Source: Octopus bimaculoides
Taxonomy: Eukaryota
Direction: 5' to 3'
Assembly: GCF_001194135.2 (NCBI RefSeq)
Contig: NC_068982.1
Location: 60,816,047 to 60,874,554, forward strand
DNA: 58,508 bases
In this document: piece after piece, positions 24,600 through 35,543 of the stretch
Layout: every line of letters begins with the position of its first letter
Position numbering within the stretch: position 1 is the stretch's first letter
Notes under the pieces: generated by a model
The model's database searches: none
Told to the model about the DNA's origin: nothing
What the model saw: the letters and a program-made list of their open reading frames with translations, nothing else
Made by a program: the position numbers and the translations under genes

Positions 24600-24705
24600 A
24601 TCTCCTGACGAGATACGTTTGCACCACTGGATGTTCCTGAACCAGTTATTGAGTGTCCCACCCATGAAGGATTGATGCTAGATGTGTCGAAACAATTGTC
24701 ATTTT
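24600..24705 (+). ncRNA. Hammerhead ribozyme, long-loop-II family, copy 3 (core intact, stem I decayed)
   Basis: CTGACGA GATACGTTTG..55nt..CTAGATGTGTC GAAA CAATTG TC; 10-bp stem II including GU pairs, palindromic stem III ACAATTGT, GUC triplet, AATAAA downstream. Confidence 0.7.
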
Positions 24706-24746
24706 CAATAATAAATTTTCATATATTTCATCTTCCATTTTTCATC

Positions 24747-24799
<53 letters not shown>

Positions 24800-24802
<3 letters not shown>

Positions 24803-25060
24803 GTGTGTGTGCACGCGCATGCATGTCTTTGTGTGTGTGTCTTTGTGTTTATGGCTGTCCCCTACTGCTTGACAACTGATACTGGTTTGTTTACATCCTT
24901 GTAACTTAGTTGTTCAGCAAATGAAACTGATCAAGTAAGCTACCAGACTCTAAAAACTAAGTAGATGGGTTCACTTGTTTGACATCAAAGACTTTCCAAG
25001 ATAGTTCCCCAGCATGGTTGCAGTCTAATGAATGAAACACGTAAAAGAAAGATGAAAGAT
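24800..25060 (+). mobile_element. SINE family B, 3' half
   Basis: cttgacaactgatactggtttgtttacatccttgtaacttag..cagcatggttgcagtctaatgaatgaaac. Confidence 0.7.
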
Positions 25061-25168
25061 TGGCTCAGCTATAATTAAATACAATAACCGGGAAGAAACA
25101 CATAAGGATGCCTACAACATGGAATTTTAATATCAATGTTGATGCTAACATATTTGATTGTATTAGAC

Positions 25169-25825
25169 CAGTGGTTCTCAACCGTGATCCACATGGCTCT
25201 TGTGGGTTCATATAAGGTTTTGTTGTTAAAATTTCTCTGCAATAAATTGTTTAACTTCTACATCATCACCATCATCGTTTAACGTTCACTTTCCATGCTC
25301 GCATGGGCTGAACGATTTGACTGAGGACTGGTGAACCAGATGGCTACACCAGGCTCCAATCTGGTTTTGCAGAGTTTCTACAGCTGGATGCTGTTCCTAA
25401 TGCCAACCACTCTGAGAGTTTAGTGGGTGCTTTTACGTGCCACCGGCATGAAGGCCAGTCAGGTGGTACTGGCAATGGCCACGCTCAAAATGGTGTATTT
25501 TACATGCCACCTGCACAGGAGCCAGTCCAGCGGCACTGGCAATGATCTTGCTCTAATGTCTTTACACGTGCCAGGAAGGCAACGCTGGGCACAGGTGCCA
25601 TCATGATTTTGCTTTTGCTTGCCCCAACAGGTCTTCGCAAGCCGAGTTTAGTGTCCAATGAACGAGATGACATATACAAAATTTTTGTATACAATTCCTA
25701 ATAATATTTAATAATAAAACTACAGTAGGATTTTTTTTTTATATACATCAAATGGCTGTGGAGGCCCATCTAAATAAAATAGGAGCCAGAGGCTTCCATA
25801 AATAAAAATCAGTTGAGAACCACTG
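25169..25825. mobile_element. hAT-type MITE carrying a nested RTE 3' fragment
   Basis: TIRs CAGTGGTTCTCAAC / GTTGAGAACCACTG; degenerate 8-bp TSD tattagac / aattaaac; related to 32406-32743 in opposite orientation. Confidence 0.8.
25261..25680 (-). mobile_element. RTE LINE 3' UTR fragment nested in the hAT MITE
   Basis: (CAT)n-cgtttaacgttcactttccatgc.. matches the family. Confidence 0.85.
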
Positions 25826-26551
25826 AATTAAACCAAGAAATTTTAATTTATTTAACCTCTAGTAGTAAGGAAAAAGCAATCACTGTCTATATGACTACTT
25901 CTGCTTTAAAATTCAAGAGAGACTACTCTGAAATTATAATTTGAATTAAATGAATTAAATATGTGAATGCACTTGAGAATGATTCTGATAGTGAATACAT
26001 TTCATTTATCCCAACATTTCATCCTCCAGTTCTTTTAGACCAAGATCATTTGAATCATCATCATCGTTTAACGTCTGCTTTCCATGCTAGCATGGGTTGG
26101 ACGAATAATGATAACAATTATTCTTTAAACTAATTACAAAATTAACACCATCCTCATCATTTTACATTTGTATTTCATCCTAGCATAGGTTTATGGATTG
26201 TCACAATCACCATTTTTAAGCATAAACGTTGTGCATGCCTTATTTGAAAAGCTTGCTAAGGATAGTGATAATAATAATCCTTTCTACTATAGGCATGAGG
26301 CCTGACATTTTTGGAGTAGGAGGATAGTCAATTACAACAGTCCTAGTGCACAACTGTTGCTTGTTTCATGAACCACAAGATGAAAGACAAAGTCTTACAC
26401 TGTAGAGCCAAAAAGAAAAATGGCACAATCAGGCTCAAACCTCGATCACGTAATGATAATAGTACCACGCATGCACAGAAGGCAGTGTGACAATAATAAA
26501 GATATGTTATCATGAATGATCCCTTATAGAAAATTTACACCTTTTATATAT

Positions 26552-26582
<31 letters not shown>

Positions 26583-26880
26583 GGGTGTTTTACTGGGATG
26601 GTTGAAATTGATGACAGGTCCAAGAGGTCGAATTTTTTTATAAATTTCAATAAATTTCTTTTAGTCATTGTTTAACTGACAAAATTCTTTTGGTCAGTTG
26701 TCATGTTGCCCAAGTGTAGAAAATAGAATCTATGGAATTATTTGGGGAGGCTTTTAAATGTGTGTGAGTGTGTGTGAGTGTGTGTGTGTGTGTGTGTGTT
26801 TGTGTGTGACTGTGTTTGTTTAAGCATATGCATGTGTGAGGGTGTGTATGTTGTGTGTTGGATGTTAAGTGAATTCTTCT

Positions 26881-27235
26881 AGTTATTTTAGTAACAGTAA
26901 TGAGAACATTATTAATAATAATATCCACTGGTAATCTGGTTTAGTTTCGTCTGGGAAAGTAATCTTTTTACAAAAAGAATTTCTCATTTTTTATAAATAT
27001 ATTTTTTACATGTTTAATTCTGGTATAAATTTTTTTTATAAAATGTAGTTCCAAGTGGATTTTTCCAGTTATTTTAGTAACATTAATGTGAAAATTATTA
27101 ATAATAATATCTAGTGGTAATCTGGTTTAATTCATCTGGGTGACTAATTTTTTTAATAAGAATTTCTCATGTTATATAGATATGTTTTTTGCACATTTAG
27201 TTTAGGTAAAAGTTATTTTACAAAATGTAGTTTCA
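26881..27235. repeat. Diverged tandem duplication, period 186 bp
   Basis: agttattttagtaac..ggtaatctggttta..aagaatttctcat..aaaatgtagtt starts at 26881 and again at 27067. Confidence 0.8.
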
Positions 27236-27379
27236 TTGCCTTCTGGTATGTTTGATAATCCCTCGAGCATTTGTAGAAAGGAAAGATCTTGAATCTGTTT
27301 CCACATATTTCCTGATGTTTGCTTCTTTTTCTAGGATATGCTGTCAATGGATTCTTTCATGTTGGCAAAGGGAACTGTT

Positions 27380-27910
27380 GGTTTTGCCAGTATAATGAAC
27401 TTAAAGACTTCCTGCAAAAAACAGAGTTATCCTTGAAATTAATAAATAAGGGAATTATAAAAGCAATGGAAGTGGACATCATATAATTGAGGACATCTAG
27501 GAAAAATATTAAAGAAAATACTTTTGATTATCAATACACATAATCCAGTATAACACAAAATTTAGGACACAGTTTTGACTTTTATGCCCTTAATATACTT
27601 AGTAGTAAAATTATAGTTGCAAAACGAAATACTGTGTCTCTACCATCAATTGATATGTATGTACCAGTTGCCGGGGATATGTTTGATATGTGAATTGGTC
27701 TATCCAATCATGTTGCACTGCTATACTTAGTGGCTTTTTCAGCAATGTGTTTGTGGATAGTTAATCAGTTGGATGTGGTGCTGAAGAAGGAGCAATAACT
27801 CCTGAAATATGTATATACACCCATTACCTATTTTTCTATCTTCATTTGCATTATTTACATAGAAGTGCTGGCTCTAAATTCTATAAAAATATCTGTAGAG
27901 ATAACTTTAA
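27380..27910 (+). mobile_element. Penelope-like element remnant (ORF piece + terminal region with hammerhead)
   Basis: NELKDFL.KQSYP.KLINKGIIKAM..DI..LR resembles the PLE post-RT region; terminal part homologous to 10030-10220. Confidence 0.6.
27777..27821 (+). ncRNA. Complete minimal type I hammerhead ribozyme
   Basis: GGTG CTGAAGA AGGAG caataa CTCCT GAAA TATGTATAT A CACC; stem II covaries with the 10071 copy. Confidence 0.85.
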
Positions 27911-28267
27911 AAGTGTTATGTATACACACATGCACACACACACATGCACTCACACACACATACACACACACAAATGTATATAAATATATATCCTTTAAAG
28001 TTACCATTGAATTAGTTTCGCAAATAAAATGACAATTACAAGAACATGATGACAGTAAACATCACATTAAAGTGTAAGAGCACTACATCAATTACAGCTT
28101 GTTCAGTTGTGTATGATACATACATTATTGCTAACAAGTACACATGCTGTATTGTCTTGATTCGTTAAGTATTATTTGTTGTGGTGAGCTGCCAAATTTT
28201 TAATAACAGTTTCACTTTGACTCCTGAAATTTTAACAACTGGATTATTTGCTGCCAAAATTTTAATA

Positions 28268-28407
28268 GGTGTGGCTGTGTGGTAAGAAGCTTGCTTCCTA
28301 ACCACATGTTTTTGGGTTCACTCCCATTGTGTGGCACCTTGGGCAAAGGAATCTGCTGTAGCCGCGGGCTGACCAAAGCCTTGTGAGTGGATTTGGTGGA
28401 TAGAAAC
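28268..28407 (+). mobile_element. SINE family B, 5' half, truncated by the LTR-like insert
   Basis: gtgtggctgtgtggtaagaagcttgcttcctaaccacatg..gggttcactcccattgtgtggcaccttgggcaa. Confidence 0.85.
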
Positions 28408-28641
28408 TGTAGTGAAAATGGTACTCCCCTTCCCACTATAAAGTCAGACAGTCAGTCGTTGTAGGAAGTCAGTAGTAGTAGAGTCATTATACACGTTCTC
28501 ACTTGGAGTCAGTGTCAGTTACATGTTATATACGAGTTCAAGTTAATGTCAAGGTAGACATTTCAAGTCATTGTCTTGTGGAGCTATCAGTGATAGCATG
28601 ATAGCTGAGTCAAAGGTAATAAGACACAGAATATCACCACA
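28408..28641 (+). mobile_element. Possible LTR (Gypsy-like)
   Basis: TG..CA ends with 7/8 terminal inverted repeat (TGTAGTGA / TCACCACA), TATA-like ctataaag, PBS-like TGGTGACAAGAG 9 nt downstream; no TSD. Confidence 0.4.
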
Positions 28642-28796
28642 GCATAATAGTGGTGACAAGAGTATTGTTTTCTACACTAGGCACAAGGCCTGAAATTTTC
28701 ATATATACACACAAACATACATATATATCCAGATAAACATGTGCATTTTCTTACCATCATCATAAAAACCAAATCTTACAAATCCTTTGGACTTAA

Positions 28797-29013
28797 TATT
28801 AATTTCAAATTTTGGGGCCACGCCAACAATTTCAGAGAAGTGGGCGAGTCAATTATATCAAACCCAGCGCTCAACTAATACTTACTTTATTGACCCAAAA
28901 GAATGAAAGGTAAAGTCGGACTTGGTGGAATTTGAACTCAAAATGTGAAAGAAGATGAAATACCAGTAAGCATTTTTACCCAGCATGCTAACTCTTCTGA
29001 TAGCCCACCACCC
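28797..29013 (-). mobile_element. SINE family A
   Basis: gaatgaaaggtaaagtcggacttggtggaatttgaactca..cagcatgctaac. Confidence 0.8.
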
Positions 29014-31139
29014 GTCAAACTTAATACTAAAATAGAAAATTTTAGATAGAAAGCAGTAATAAACATATTTTCCAAAACACTAAAGGATCTACTAAATTGC
29101 CAACATAGATGTGTAGGGACAACTGACTCTGTCTAAGATATGGTAGACGTTATAACTGTTCTTGGTAGACCTCCCTTTGGCATCCAGCAAAATGTTAATA
29201 ACTGGTTCTCATTCTAAGGAAGATATGTTGACAACCAGATGACATGATCCAGTGTGAACAAGGTTCAGTACACTCCTGAATCATATAGTGCACTAATATT
29301 ATATGATATGGTAAGTTAGGAGAAAATTAGTAAGAGAAACAACATTTACTGAAATTCAATTTTGTCAAATTCAGAAATAACTTTCGTTTTCATAAAACAT
29401 CTCCAATTTCTTTTGATGTTGTAAAGTATAACACCTTCATTACATTTTTAACTACTTAACCTTGTATAAGGTTTCAGCAATATACTGCATATTATAAACT
29501 TACATAAAGCTATCAGGTTTTTTGTGGGGGTAGTGATTTCTTCTTTTTTTTTTATGATACCAATCCAACAAAATTTGGGTATTAATTATTCCATTTGCAA
29601 GCAAGAAAATGTCTGAGAAGTACTGAAAAGAAAATACAGCTGTTGATTACATGTTCTAATTTTATGAGTAATACTTAAATGCAATCAGTACATATTGTGT
29701 GAGCGCTATAGTTATAGTACACTTGTGAAGAACTGAACTGACATGTTCAATTCCCAGTATTTCCATTTCAGATCACATAAACCCATGATTTCTTGCCAGA
29801 GTCAAAAAGCCTGAAGGAAGACAGATGCATGTTTGACACACTATTTGAATAAAAAAAATGCTATCATCATTTAACCTAATGACCCATTAAATATAAGAGG
29901 GCATTCTCCTATTTTTTTTCAGTGTATAGGTGAATAACCTAATTCATAATCTATTACTAATGATTTAAGATATCGTTAAAGCCTTTTTCTGAAAGATCTT
30001 TCAGATAAATGCTTTTGTTACTGTCACATTCATGTTCCTGCTTTCTCTTTATACATTATTTCCTTATTTCATGTTTTTTCACAATAAATAAACACTATTT
30101 TACCAATCTTGAATATGTTTGAAAAGGTAAATCTGTACATTTACAAGCATTTGGGTAAAATTTGGCAGCTGGTTATAAGTAAGGTAAAAAATAAAAAATA
30201 CTTTAAAAAAATCACTGCAGCTGACAACAAAATGTTGCAAAGAAATTTGGCTTGAATAAATCAAAATCAAAGACGACTGTGTTTATCATTGATGTATACA
30301 ATTTGCAAACTCATCAGTGAATCCTTAAACAACAACAAAAAAAAAGAAGAAAATAAAAGAAATAGGGGTGAATAACAACCTTTTTTCTTTAGAAGCATGA
30401 AAAAAAAATATTACTTCTAAGTAAAAAGAGAGATTTCCTTCTTGTTTTTCAAGTAAAAGAGGAAAAAATCTGAAAGGCAAGCAATGTTCAATCAATTTAC
30501 ACCTAATGTTTCACTGTTATTTGCTTTATGTGTAAAAACGAACTAAGATTGCTTAGTTGAACTAATTAAAGAAACCATTATTCTCAGATCTCAAAAGAAT
30601 TGAAAATGAGATGAGAAATTTTGCACTCCCTGAGTATGAGGTAAAAAATTTAACTTTGATCTGTCCATGATTCTTTCAAACATTTTTTATTATGGAAAGA
30701 GTAAACAGTACATTTTCAGAACTTTCTTTTTACTCAAATTTGTGGAAACTTTGAATCAAATTGTGTTTCAGGACAAATATTGTACTTTAGCTGGGGTTTT
30801 GAAATCATATCTAAATGTATTAGTATAATGATTATCTGACATATCATATTTTAATTTGTTAAAACAAATTGCTACTTTTGTTTCGAAGTAAAACTTGATT
30901 AAATTTGTGTTTGTGTGTTCAACTCAGGTAAGTAACAGTACACTGAAAAATATATTATTTTTGCTGCAAATAGAATGTAGAGTAATTGTTTATTATTAAC
31001 AACTCTAACATAAATCTTACACTGTTTGCAGGTTATGCTATGAATAGTTTTTTAAATATATATGTAGTACCTTAATTTCCTTCTAATCAATCATTTAACT
31101 AAAGAAATGGTTAATCCAAACTAAATAAGTGTATATGTA

Positions 31140-31500
31140 CATACGTATGCATGCATGCATGTATGTATGTATGTATGTATGTATGTATGCATGTATGCAT
31201 GCATGTATGTATGTATGTATGTATGTATATAATATATGTATGTATGCATGCATGTATGTATGTATGTATGTATGAGTGCATGTTTGTTTGTATGGAGGGG
31301 TGTATGCATGGATGATTGTGTGTATGTATGTATGTATGTATGAGTGCATGTATGTATGTATGTATGAGTGAATGTTTGTTTGTATGGATGGGTGTATGCA
31401 TGGATGATTGTGTGTATGTAGGTATGCATGTGTGTGTGTATGTATCTGTGTGTGTATGTATGCATGCATGTATGTATGTATGTGTGCATGTATGTATGTC
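31140..31500. repeat. Compound (TATG)n/(CATG) satellite with a duplicated ~55-bp higher-order block
   Basis: atgtttgtttgtatgga.gggtgtatgcatggatgattgtgtgtatgta occurs twice. Confidence 0.9.
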
Positions 31501-31653
31501 TCTTCTATTTCTTAATTATTATAAATCTTCCACTGAGGAGGGAGCCAGTTACCAACAAAGATACAAGGCTCCATCTTTGGGATATAGTTAACACAGACAA
31601 ATTCACATTTGAAACTTGAGAAAAGTCTTGCAAATTTTTACTGTTCCACTCAC

Positions 31654-31697
31654 AGATTGCACTTGTAATGTATGAATCAGCCAGTCGATTTCTCTTT
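31654..31697 (-). CDS. Candidate 44-nt exon (REIDWLIHTLQVQS)
   Basis: Minus: gggattttcag|exon|gtgagt; phase 1 to 0 frame open. Confidence 0.25.
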
Positions 31698-32035
31698 CTG
31701 AAAATCCCACTTTATCCAGATTCCCCTATAAGCATTTACTAACAAAACCCAGTGCTCCAATTATTATTGGTATGAATATGAATTCATTGTCTGGATATAG
31801 AAGCTGGAGGTTTCAAAGCAGTTGTCCATAGATACCCCCTTTTTCTTTGATTTTCATATGTATGTATGTATGTATGTATGTATGTGTCTTGTACTCAAAT
31901 TGACTTTCTAAATGGTCTTTCTAATAAAAATGGGTTTGCTTGATATTCAGCTTTGTTCAGACTAGTTCAGTCTTCACTGCTCCACTCAGGTGAAGCATAC
32001 AAGCTAAGGGGCAAAATGAGATATTGAGATACTAC

Positions 32036-32114
32036 CAACGATAAGGGAGGTTTCTAGCAGCCTTGCAATGAATTTATAAGAGCTTCCAAAGCCTTTGAGC
32101 AGTTCCTGCAGTCT
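32036..32114 (-). CDS. Candidate 79-nt exon (RLQELLKGFGSSYKFIARLLETSLIV)
   Basis: Minus: tgttttgccccatgcag|exon|gtagta; one open frame, phase 0 to 1, compatible with 31654-31697. Confidence 0.25.
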
Positions 32115-32405
32115 CTGCATGGGGCAAAACATCTCTGATGAGTTTATTTCACCTCAGTTTATGAAATTAGGTTAAGTATCTTCTTTCAAAGAAATATAAT
32201 TTTAAAAGACTGACAGTTGAAAAGGAATCAAAAGAAATTGAAAAAGATTTTATGGTCTTTCAAAATGTGTTTTGTTTAAATCCTAATGTTTTTAAACTTG
32301 TATATTTCTGTCACAAAAAGACTAGAGTTGATGTTTCACAAGGATAAAAAGAAACTCACTGGAAAAAAAAAATCTTTATTCATACATCCTTGTATCACTA
32401 TAGAC

Positions 32406-32743
32406 CAAGGGTTCTCAATCATTTTTTATCTATGGACCCCTTTGATTATTATTTTATTCAGGTGAACCCCCATAGCCATTCAATGTTTAAAAACTAGTTT
32501 TACAGAAACTTCTTTCGAAATTCCTACTTTGTCTTTTTACACATTAACTTGTGTAAGTTGAAATATGTAAAGGAAGAACACTACCTGTTTGTTTGTTTGT
32601 TTGTTTTGCACTACCTACAAGTACAAGTACATACAACAAAATTTTTGCAGGATCCTTTAAAATATTATTATAGATTTCTAGTTTACTATCTTGTTGCATG
32701 GGCCACCAAAAATATTATATGGACCCTGGTTAGAGAACCACTG
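32406..32743. mobile_element. hAT-type MITE
   Basis: TIRs CAAGGGTTCTC / GAGAACCACTG; perfect 8-bp TSD CTATAGAC at 32398-32405 and 32744-32751. Confidence 0.85.
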
Positions 32744-33172
32744 CTATAGACCATTCAAGGGCAAATTGTTGCCTGCAGGACTTTCTCAAAGGCATACCTA
32801 ATGAAAAATTACCTTCGTTATTTTTAGTACTACAACCTGCCTGATGATGATTCATATCTCAGGGGACCCATTTTTCAAAAATGGCTGTCCATGCCTGCTA
32901 TAGACTATGTGGAAGCCTTGATAGGATTGTATAGTCTGTTAGAAATATGCATCAAGCCATGCTCAGATTCAGTATTTCTCTTTTAAAAAGATAAAAGATA
33001 ATGTCAACCTAGAAACACTATGTCTGAAAACACAATGTGTGTGGTCAGTGAGGAATGCTTTTGATCAAAGATCTGCTTGATCAAAGCTAACTTGAGACTA
33101 TAAAACAATAATTATAGTTTTAAAATGTTAAAATATACACAAGGCTATAAAGAGCTAATGAACATATTAGCA

Positions 33173-33333
33173 CATCATCATCATCATCATCGTTTAACGT
33201 CCGCTTTCCATGCTAGCATGGGTTGGACGATTTGACTGAGGACTGGTGAAACCGGATGGCAACACCAGGCTCCAGTCTGATTTGGCAGAGTTTCTACAGC
33301 TGGATGCCCTTCCTAACGCCAACCACTCAGAGA
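33173..33333 (-). mobile_element. Young RTE LINE 3' tail fragment
   Basis: Near-identical to 48905-49020 and to the start of 2881-3370. Confidence 0.85.
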
Positions 33334-33989
33334 AGTTATGGAAAATTCTATTGTTCATTTGAATTACTATTGTTGCTGCTGTTGTTGGTGTTATTGTTGT
33401 TGCTTAGTCAGACCTGAATGAGCAATCTTATAATCATGAGCATTCAAGCCATGGACATATCTTTTTCACTTAAGGAAAAGTGGGGTGAACCAGAACACAT
33501 TCTATTGGCATTTTTTTTTGGAGGGTTTAAGGTTTGGCTTTTAACTAACCCTATCCTTAAAACTGCTGGTATTCAGAACTACAGTACAGGGCGGCAAAAT
33601 TGAAACTCTCTTTACTTGAAGACAGGTTGGAAATTTTTCTAGTGTCTTTCTTTACCAGTCTCATGAATACTATGACTGGATAACAAGAAGTTGTGCTACT
33701 GTGTCAGCCGCTCATAGCTTCCTAAAAGGCCTAAAGGCCTCAGGTTCCAAGTCCAAGGTCACATCAAACGAATCCACCATTGTGACCTTGACACCAAGGG
33801 AATTCGTGGTGTAAAAACTTGTGTGGGTAGGATTTTCCTAAGCTTAAAGGATACACTTTTCCTGTATGAACACGCTCAGGAAAACTTTTAATAGGCACAC
33901 CTTAAGAGTTTCATTTAGCTGCGCACCCAGTGTAAAAAAGATATTAGTGGATAGGCTCACATCTGAGATGCTCATAGAGATAACATTAC

Positions 33990-34420
33990 CTTTCCCCTTA
34001 ATAGCTACTGCAACATGGAAACATTTGTATATGAAGCAAAGGTAACATCAAAAAGCCCACATGAGCAACCAAAACATGTGGAAGTATGAAGGAGCAATAG
34101 AAGGTCCCTTCAGGATTAGATTCAAGTACCATAAGTGATCTTTCAATATTCCAGAGAGACAAAGAGCAAAAGCCCACCAGGTACATATGGTTATTAAAGG
34201 AAAATATACTAGATTTCAGCAAAAGTGAAAAATCTTAGAGAAGTGAAGAATTATTTTAATAGCAGCAGAAAGTGCAGGTTGTTTAGTCAAGAAAAGAACC
34301 ATGTCAGAAACTCTCAACAACCAGACATCTACCTAAACTGCAGAAGTGAACATTTTATCCCTTGCCCACATGATAGAAGGTATATTTTATTGTACCTATG
34401 GGCCCCATCACGACTACCAC
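33990..34420 (+). mobile_element. Penelope/Poseidon-type PLE GIY-YIG endonuclease remnant
   Basis: ETFVYEAKVT ... YFNSSRKCRLFSQEK ... YLNCRSEHFIPCPHDRRYILL resembles the VY.A.VT / KC.LC..EK / LN.RSE..C.H motifs. Confidence 0.7.
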
Positions 34421-34986
34421 CAGTTTTCTATCTTTGGCGTTTTTACCCCCATATCCTGAGAACCCAACGAAGAGTTTAATCAAAGCATACACAAACGAAC
34501 ATACAGGCACATATGCACCCTAAAATGAGCTTAAGCGTTCAAGCAACCACCCAGCACACCTCTAAAATCCCTACAAACATTCCAAACCTACATGAATACC
34601 AACCCCTAACTCCTACACACATTTTCAGAAAACTCTTGTAGATATCACCTCAAAGACCTTTGGAGACAAGAGACATGACCCTTGGGATAACACTTGTTCA
34701 ATTCATTTCATCTCTTTCCACAGCACCTACATACCAGATGTAGCATTTCACCTCCAATAATGGAGAACAATCATCATATTTTTTCATACTTGCTAGCTTT
34801 GATGCATACACAGTATTACATAACTGGGTTGTTATCTAACATCCAGTTTAATAGCCAGTGCAAAACCAATTGGTATGATCAGCCGTAATGGATGTACAAT
34901 ACTGTACACTTTGATTAATATACCCACTCTCCTGATAAATATACATACAAGTGCTTATTCATTCTGACTTAAGGATTCTATATATT

Positions 34987-35019
<33 letters not shown>

Positions 35020-35464
35020 NNNNNNNNNNNNNNNNNNNNNNNNNNNNNNNNNNNNNNNNNNNNNNNNNNNNNNNNNNNNNNNNNNNNNNNNNNNNNNNNN
35101 NNNNNNNNNNNNNNNNNNNNNNNNNNNNNNNNNNNNNNNNNNNNNNNNNNNNNNNNNNNNNNNNNNNNNNNNNNNNNNNNNNNNNNNNNNNNNNNNNNNN
35201 NNNNNNNNNNNNNNNNNNNNNNNNNNNNNNNNNNNNNNNNNNNNNNNNNNNNNNNNNNNNNNNNNNNNNNNNNNNNNNNNNNNNNNNNNNNNNNNNNNNN
35301 NNNNNNNNNNNNNNNNNNNNNNNNNNNNNNNNNNNNNNNNNNNNNNNNNNNNNNNNNNNNNNNNNNNNNNNNNNNNNNNNNNNNNNNNNNNNNNNNNNNN
35401 NNNNNNNNNNNNNNNNNNNNNNNNNNNNNNNNNNNNNNNNNNNNNNNNNNNNNNNNNNNNNNNN

Positions 35465-35502
<38 letters not shown>

Positions 35503-35507
35503 ATATA

Positions 35508-35543
<36 letters not shown>

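Noticed and set aside
29259-29316. Plus exon YTPESYSALILYDM with a GTAAGT donor
   Set aside because: Weak acceptor, and the region resembles a decayed LINE 3' end on the minus strand
32135-32170. CTGATGA...GAAA hammerhead-like spacing (also 30300 minus and CTGAGGACTGGTGAAA in RTE tails)
   Set aside because: No stem II pairing is possible between the core motifs
33754-33880. Small hairpins CAAGGTCACA/TGTGACCTTG and TTTTCCTG/CAGGAAAA
   Set aside because: Real inverted repeats but short; probably MITE or Helitron subterminal remnants with no definable boundaries
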